Below are positions 24,301-27,628 of a stretch of DNA of 27,628 nt, in pieces; position 1 is the first letter of the stretch; every line of letters begins with the position of its first letter. The translations under genes and the position numbers were made by a program. The DNA lies in assembly GCA_040218735.1 (NCBI GenBank), contig JAVJQW010000021.1, positions 1-27,628 on the forward strand, written 5' to 3'. Under the pieces are notes generated by a model. The model worked only from the letters and a program-made list of their open reading frames with translations, was not told where the DNA came from and ran no database searches. Source of the DNA: Deltaproteobacteria bacterium (GTDB lineage Bacteria > Myxococcota > Kuafuiibacteriia > Kuafuiibacteriales > Kuafuiibacteriaceae).

Positions 24301-24888
24301 GAAGCGCGCGAAGACGACGCGCGCGCAGTCGTCACGACGCGGGTGGGGGCTGGCCGGTCCAAGGCCGCAGTCGTCGGTGAGGCCGACGTTCAGATCCCAC
24401 GTGACGTCGTAGCTGCACGGCTGCGTCGAGCCCGGCGTGTCGTCGCAGGGGTCGGCGGTGCGCGTGGCGGTCCCGGTGAACGCGAAACCGGCGCAGGCCG
24501 GCGCGCTCGCGGTGAGGGCCGCGCACAGCGAACGCTGCGGGTCGAACGCGGCGTCGTTCGAGATCTCCGCGTGCACGCCGTCGGAGGTGATCCGGAGGAC
24601 AGCCTCGGCGTCGGCCAAGGGGCTTCGTCCGAGGTAGGTCAGCGCGGCGGACGGCACGGGCACGCCGCCGTCCCGCGGGGGCCCGGCGTCGCGCGGCCCG
24701 GCGTCCCGATCGCCTGCATCACGGTCTCCGGCGTCGCGGTCTCCGGCGTCACGGTCTCCTGCGTCCCGGACGGTGCCGGCGTCTCGCGCCGAGCCGGCGT
24801 CGCGCTGCGGCGTGGGCGGCTCGGTGCCCGAGCAGGCCGCGAAGAGCACCGTGAGGAGAGCGATCGGGGAGTTCGTGCTGCGGGGCAT
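21304..24888 (-). CDS. large lipoprotein with Ig-like N-terminal region and at least 11 Kelch-type beta-propeller repeats
   Basis: Lipobox LTVLFAAC. RDAGD linker repeats. Repeated blades of about 45-50 aa, each with W.WDG..W..v.p.g..P..R...a.ayD..r...vlFGG (for example VWEWDGSVWSDRTPVGPRP, TWTWDGAAWTDVTPVG, VWAYDGADWSLRMPS). The start in the ORF track at 25062 is an upstream extension. Confidence 0.75.
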   Translation of the reverse strand: MPRSTNSPIALLTVLFAACSGTEPPTPQRDAGSARDAGTVRDAGDRDAGDRDAGDRDAGDRDAGPRDAGPPRDGGVPVPSAALTYLGRSPLADAEAVLRITSDGVHAEISNDAAFDPQRSLCAALTASAPACAGFAFTGTATRTADPCDDTPGSTQPCSYDVTWDLNVGLTDDCGLGPASPHPRRDDCARVVFARFVDAIGQTSAPVQLELVLDTRSPEVTTMVALAPNVGVVLPTLDVATIGSTVSVALDADEPLEALPATIDATNGADVLTLTQITGSASPTGATYAAQITAAFGGADGTYAVAELLEDRAGNTVTATAAFQIATSAPTLLVDQDQVSYVRAPHVNLTAEDLGSFTIPAGPARYTLAPLDELEDVAALPPDTFALASGPAAAIRVFAEGAPVSGWILPAADGSWSRVDLALASSDAAYVDVVAIGASEVPSQPVRIERSWYVASSADLAASPHTFAFGDGSNIGAPIVTSSVAARDTSVLVHTPDDVWYRVAERHNPHADTFPTLTYDAQRDRLVHTVVWTDEAVWEWDGSVWSDRTPVGPRPYGRQLTSIAYDAQRGETVLFGGDAFPSRDDTWMWNGTRWLLGTPTTPPEAREFHAMAYHPVLARVVLFAGFIDFGVPADRNLYSWDGTNWSVVPTTGAPARTAGHSMAFDVARQELVVFGGGEGPDELWTLSGGTWSLENPAGPRPSARSGQAMAYDAGRGVVVLAGGYATPNYLDDVWEWDGTSWTEVTPVGPRPEPRESAAMVYHAGIGRVVLYGGNSFFEHTDLWTWDGVAWTDVTPVETSPVEVDGPVVYDAARLETLTLDVDETWIWDGNAWNQVASGPPSATFVADAAYDAARGHVAAFGTRTGSSLVATWAWDGTSWTDITPATGARPPAQFLATAYDAARGVTLLFDRNGDTWTWDGAAWTDVTPVGTNPPSRLYAALGDDPVRERVVLYGGYQRTDTWEWDGSTWTEVVTANAPPQRGKLAYDPARRELVLFSGSTTFDMAMRITHTEVWAYDGADWSLRMPSVGRIPRARHLSNLVFDDARSRFIVHGGFDISQLDGVADDTWELALPVDPRTELSAALPSNVSVAALEDVRVRASCGGSFAGYGVTGDGAALYVLTGTTTTDLGTNTTASPSASSLEFAPSIADAATFAQAIIGGDGRARIGCRANLTTAAGGDGAIAADYLEVRWRY
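24668..24806 (-). repeat. in-frame 15-nt tandem repeat (about 9 copies) encoding the RDAGD/RDAGP pentapeptide linker of the Kelch lipoprotein
   Basis: On the plus strand: ggtctccggcgtcgc, ggtctccggcgtcac, ggtctcctgcgtccc and so on. The encoded protein is RDAGSARDAGTVRDAGDRDAGDRDAGDRDAGDRDAGPRDAGPP. Confidence 0.7.
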
Positions 24889-24971
24889 GCTCGCTTTCAA
24901 GTGCCGGCCGGCGCCTTGGCGTTCAATGCGTTTGACGCCGGGTGCGTTGTGGCCACCTTGGGCCTTCCGCC

Positions 24972-24990
24972 GTGCGGCGTCCAGCCGCAC
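24972..24990. promoter_or_regulatory. perfect 7-bp stem / 5-nt loop hairpin (gtgcggc gtcca gccgcac) in the divergent intergenic region, 27 nt upstream of the vWA gene ATG
   Basis: Inverted repeat read from the sequence. It lies between the Kelch start (24888) and the vWA start (25017). The SD AAGGGAG sits at 25003-25009. Confidence 0.2.
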
Positions 24991-25016
24991 AATTCCACAT
25001 CGAAGGGAGCCCACCC

Positions 25017-26867
25017 ATGGTGCTCGAGAACCTCGGCCCGGCCGAGACCATTCTGCAGACACTTCTGACCTACAGCGACCACATGGTCCACAACCGCCCC
25101 GGCATGGTCGTGACGGACGCCGGCACCGCGACGAAGGTGCGCTGGATCCCGGTGACCCACCGCGAGGAGGACGGACAGAAGGTCGTCTACCAGCTCCGCT
25201 CGGTACGCAACCGCACGCAGCGTTCTCGCGCCGGCGTGCTGCAGGACGACGGGCGGATCCTCGACGGCGGTCGCGTCGTCGGTCGTTACCAGCGCCCGGG
25301 CCTCTTCGCCGAGGTCGCGGCGTGGATGTACAAGCAGATCGCGGACGTCTACGAGCTCGACAACGAGTTCGCGGCGCGCTGGGCGTCGTTTGCGTACGCC
25401 CAGGAGCACCGCGACCTGAAGGTCGCGCTCGCGGCGTTCATGCTCGTGCAGTCGCGCAAGGGCGACCCGGTCCGCGAGGGCGGCGAGGTGCTCTTCTTCG
25501 ACGAGGACTACCGCGACGTCGGCGAGGCGATGATCCTGCTCTACGACAAGAAGAAGAAGGACCTGAACCCGAAGATGATCCTCCGGGTGCACGACCTGCT
25601 GTCGTTGGATCCGATCGCCCAGATCAACCGTGACCTCGGCTTCGGCCGGTCGGCGCGCGCGCCGTTCTACGGGCGCTGGTCGAAGGCCGTCGAGAAGTGG
25701 CTCGCGTACCGCGAGGACAACGTCCAGCTCCTCGAGGGCCTCGTGAAGGCGGGGTACCGCACCACGGTCATGGAGCTCGCGCGTCGTTCTCGCTACAAGC
25801 CGAAGACGGACAAGTTCTTCGAGCTGCTCCGCTGGAAGCAGAAGCAGTCGAAGGCGGGGCACCGTGACCTGGCGATCGGCGAGGACGTCGCGGCGGCGCA
25901 GACCTGGGATGACCTCACCGAGCGTGAGATCTGCGAGCGCATCGAGGAGGAGAAGCCGGGTTACAAGCGCATCGTCGGCATGCTGCCGAAGTCGATCGGT
26001 CTCACGCGGGCGATCCTCGCGGTGGCGATCGAGGCCGGCTCGCTGTCGGACAAGGATCTCGTGATCCTCACGCCGACGCTGGAGGCCCTCGGGATGCTGG
26101 AGATTCCGGAGCTGAAGTCGCGCTGGGCGTCGGCGGTCAAGGCCGCCGAGGACATGCGCGCGGCGAACATCGCCAAGCGCGTGAAGTCGCAGGAGGCGAA
26201 GGCCCAGCTCGAGGAGGCCGCGGAGGACGTGCTCAAGACGGCCGTGGAGGAGGTCGCGCGGAACATCCGCGTCTACTTCATGGTCGACATCTCGGGTTCG
26301 ATGGAGAACGCCATCGAGCAGGCCAAGGCGTACGTCGCCAAGTTCCTGCCGGCGTTCCCGGCCGAGCGGCTGCACATCAGCGTGTTCAACACGATGGGTC
26401 GCGAGGTGGAGCTGAAGCACCACTCGCAGTCCGGCGTGGAGCATGCATTCCGCGGCATCCGCGCGGGCGGTGGCACCGACTACGGCGCGGGCGTGCGTGC
26501 GCTCGCCGAGCACAAGCCGGCTGAGGACGAGGACGTGCTCTTCATCTTCATCGGCGACGAGCAGGCGAGCCCGTTCGACAACGCCGTGGTGCAGGCGGGG
26601 CTTCGTCCGATGGCGTTCGGGCTCGTTCAGGTGCAGTCGCAGTGGGGCGTGGGCAACTGCGTCCAGCAGACGGCGGCGCGCCTGGGCATCCCGTGCTTCA
26701 TGATCGACGAGGCGACGTTCGAAGACCCGTACGCGATCCCGCGTACGGTTCGCGACCTCGTCGCGTCGACGCCCGTTGGACAGGTTGCGGCCGGTGCGCG
26801 TCGTGAGGCGCTCGTCGACCGCATCATGAAGACGGAGCTTCTGAAGAAGCCGGCGTGGGCGGAGTAG
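25017..26867 (+). CDS. von Willebrand factor A (vWA) domain protein with about 430-aa N-terminal helical domain of unknown function (Ro60/TROVE-like architecture not excluded)
   Basis: Strong SD AAGGGAG 8 nt upstream. C-terminal vWA with MIDAS motif VYFMVDISGSM, then GGTDYGAG and FIFIGDEQ. No Walker A, so it is not a chelatase- or MoxR-type ATPase. The N-domain is helical and charged. Confidence 0.7.
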   Translation: MVLENLGPAETILQTLLTYSDHMVHNRPGMVVTDAGTATKVRWIPVTHREEDGQKVVYQLRSVRNRTQRSRAGVLQDDGRILDGGRVVGRYQRPGLFAEVAAWMYKQIADVYELDNEFAARWASFAYAQEHRDLKVALAAFMLVQSRKGDPVREGGEVLFFDEDYRDVGEAMILLYDKKKKDLNPKMILRVHDLLSLDPIAQINRDLGFGRSARAPFYGRWSKAVEKWLAYREDNVQLLEGLVKAGYRTTVMELARRSRYKPKTDKFFELLRWKQKQSKAGHRDLAIGEDVAAAQTWDDLTEREICERIEEEKPGYKRIVGMLPKSIGLTRAILAVAIEAGSLSDKDLVILTPTLEALGMLEIPELKSRWASAVKAAEDMRAANIAKRVKSQEAKAQLEEAAEDVLKTAVEEVARNIRVYFMVDISGSMENAIEQAKAYVAKFLPAFPAERLHISVFNTMGREVELKHHSQSGVEHAFRGIRAGGGTDYGAGVRALAEHKPAEDEDVLFIFIGDEQASPFDNAVVQAGLRPMAFGLVQVQSQWGVGNCVQQTAARLGIPCFMIDEATFEDPYAIPRTVRDLVASTPVGQVAAGARREALVDRIMKTELLKKPAWAE

Positions 26868-26870
26868 TCG

Positions 26871-27628
26871 ATGGGGTGGCGTGATCTTCTGCAGGCCGAG
26901 GGTGAGACGATCGTCGCGCCCTGGGTCGGTGGGAGCTCCATCACGCTCGCGTCACGCCGGTGGCGCCTCGTGGCGCCGCCGGCGGACCCCGGCTGGTATC
27001 GCTTCGCCGTGAGAGGGCGGGACGTCTCGGTCGAGGCGCCCGCGGAGCCCGACTTCGACGTGTTCGTCACGGTGCGAGTGGGGCACCTGGTGGGCGACCG
27101 TCTCGTCCCGGACGAGACGGTCGCTCATGCCGATCCCGTTTTGATCGCGACTTCGGGCTCGCGCGTTCACCTGCTCCCGCCGGGGCTCGATCGTTTCGCG
27201 CGGATCTCGGCGGGGCGCGTGGTCCCGGACGGGCGGTGGTTCTTCAAGGAAGAGGAGTTTCCGCTGGGGCCGGAGGACGAGGTGCTCACGGCGTGGCAGG
27301 ACGAGCTGCCCTCGACTTCGCACATCCGCGGGGTGCCGCCTGCGCTCGACGCGGCGTTTCGGTTGGAGCGCTGGCGTCGGGAGGAAGCGGCACGGCGCAG
27401 GGCGGAGCTCGAGGCGGCGCGTCGTCGCGAGGAGCTCGCGCGTACGCTCGGCGACGGCGCTGGGCGGCGCGTGATCGCGGCGCAGGACTTCGAGGCCGCG
27501 GCGCGGGCGGCGCTCGCCGTCGGTGGCGCGCGGCTGCTGGAGCATCGGGCGTCGGTGAACGCGGGGGAGATGGTCGTGCGGTTCCGCCTCGACGACATGC
27601 GCTTCGAGTGCACGTGCGACGCGCGCAC
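26871..27628 (+). CDS. hypothetical protein, partial (runs off the window end), translationally coupled to the vWA gene
   Basis: ATG lies 3 nt after the vWA stop. The frame stays open with good codon usage for 758 nt (MGWRDLLQAEGETIVAPWVGG..). It ends in FECTCDAR, a possible start of a CxC..C.H zinc-finger (SWIM-like), which I cannot verify. Confidence 0.5.
   Translation, partial: MGWRDLLQAEGETIVAPWVGGSSITLASRRWRLVAPPADPGWYRFAVRGRDVSVEAPAEPDFDVFVTVRVGHLVGDRLVPDETVAHADPVLIATSGSRVHLLPPGLDRFARISAGRVVPDGRWFFKEEEFPLGPEDEVLTAWQDELPSTSHIRGVPPALDAAFRLERWRREEAARRRAELEAARRREELARTLGDGAGRRVIAAQDFEAAARAALAVGGARLLEHRASVNAGEMVVRFRLDDMRFECTCDAR

Noticed and set aside
1-27628. A search for transposases, integrases, phage genes or rRNA/tRNA genes.
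   Set aside because: I found no DDE, HTH-transposase or tyrosine-recombinase motifs and no RNA gene signatures anywhere in the window. The window looks like chromosomal accessory-envelope DNA rather than a mobile element.

Overview
This is a high-GC (about 70%) bacterial window, densely coding on both strands, with many 4-nt ATGA/GTGA start-stop overlaps. The abundance of lipobox lipoproteins, a Hanks-type Ser/Thr kinase, a PEGA-like domain, RDAG/RDGG low-complexity linkers and a MYXO-CTERM-like sorting tail points to Myxococcota; this is my inference, not a database result. I can support about 25 genes; an ATPase and a secretin are absent from the window. On the minus strand, 624-4500 is one tightly coupled operon: an LpoB-family lipoprotein, a type IV pilin-like gene, two T2SS-F (TadB/C-like) membrane proteins and three pseudopilin-like genes. 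Diverging from it at 4556-7548 are two tandem paralogous secreted HEAT-repeat proteins that share an unrecognised N-terminal domain. A lipase-family lipoprotein follows at 7553-8404. At 8457-11632 an acidic disordered single-pass membrane protein with a PEGA-like C-terminus is translationally coupled to a fused ABC exporter. At 11757-15032 an orphan LivK-like solute-binding lipoprotein, a chalcone-isomerase-like protein and a membrane-anchored Ser/Thr kinase sit together on the plus strand. At 15033-17885 a Cys-containing lipoprotein, a striking fusion lipoprotein and a SAM methyltransferase form a second minus-strand run. The fusion joins a CxxCH cytochrome c domain to a PHM/DBH-like copper monooxygenase domain with all six copper ligands conserved. 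At 18031-24888 there is a VanZ-family membrane protein and an operon of a large Kelch-repeat beta-propeller lipoprotein followed by a clan GH-A glycosidase with a CBM9-like domain and a MYXO-CTERM-like tail. At 25017-27628 a von Willebrand A protein with a large helical N-domain is coupled to a partial downstream ORF. The candidates I rate most interesting are the cytochrome c-PHM fusion with its MTase and lipoprotein neighbours, the paralogous HEAT-repeat pair, and the vWA two-gene module. Non-coding observations are a 23-bp tandem repeat of a 20-bp near-palindrome at 516-575, three convergent gene pairs with zero or negative spacing (two with stops inside palindromes), and 18-nt and 15-nt in-frame tandem repeats encoding the RDAG linkers. 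I found no tRNA, rRNA, CRISPR array or transposase.
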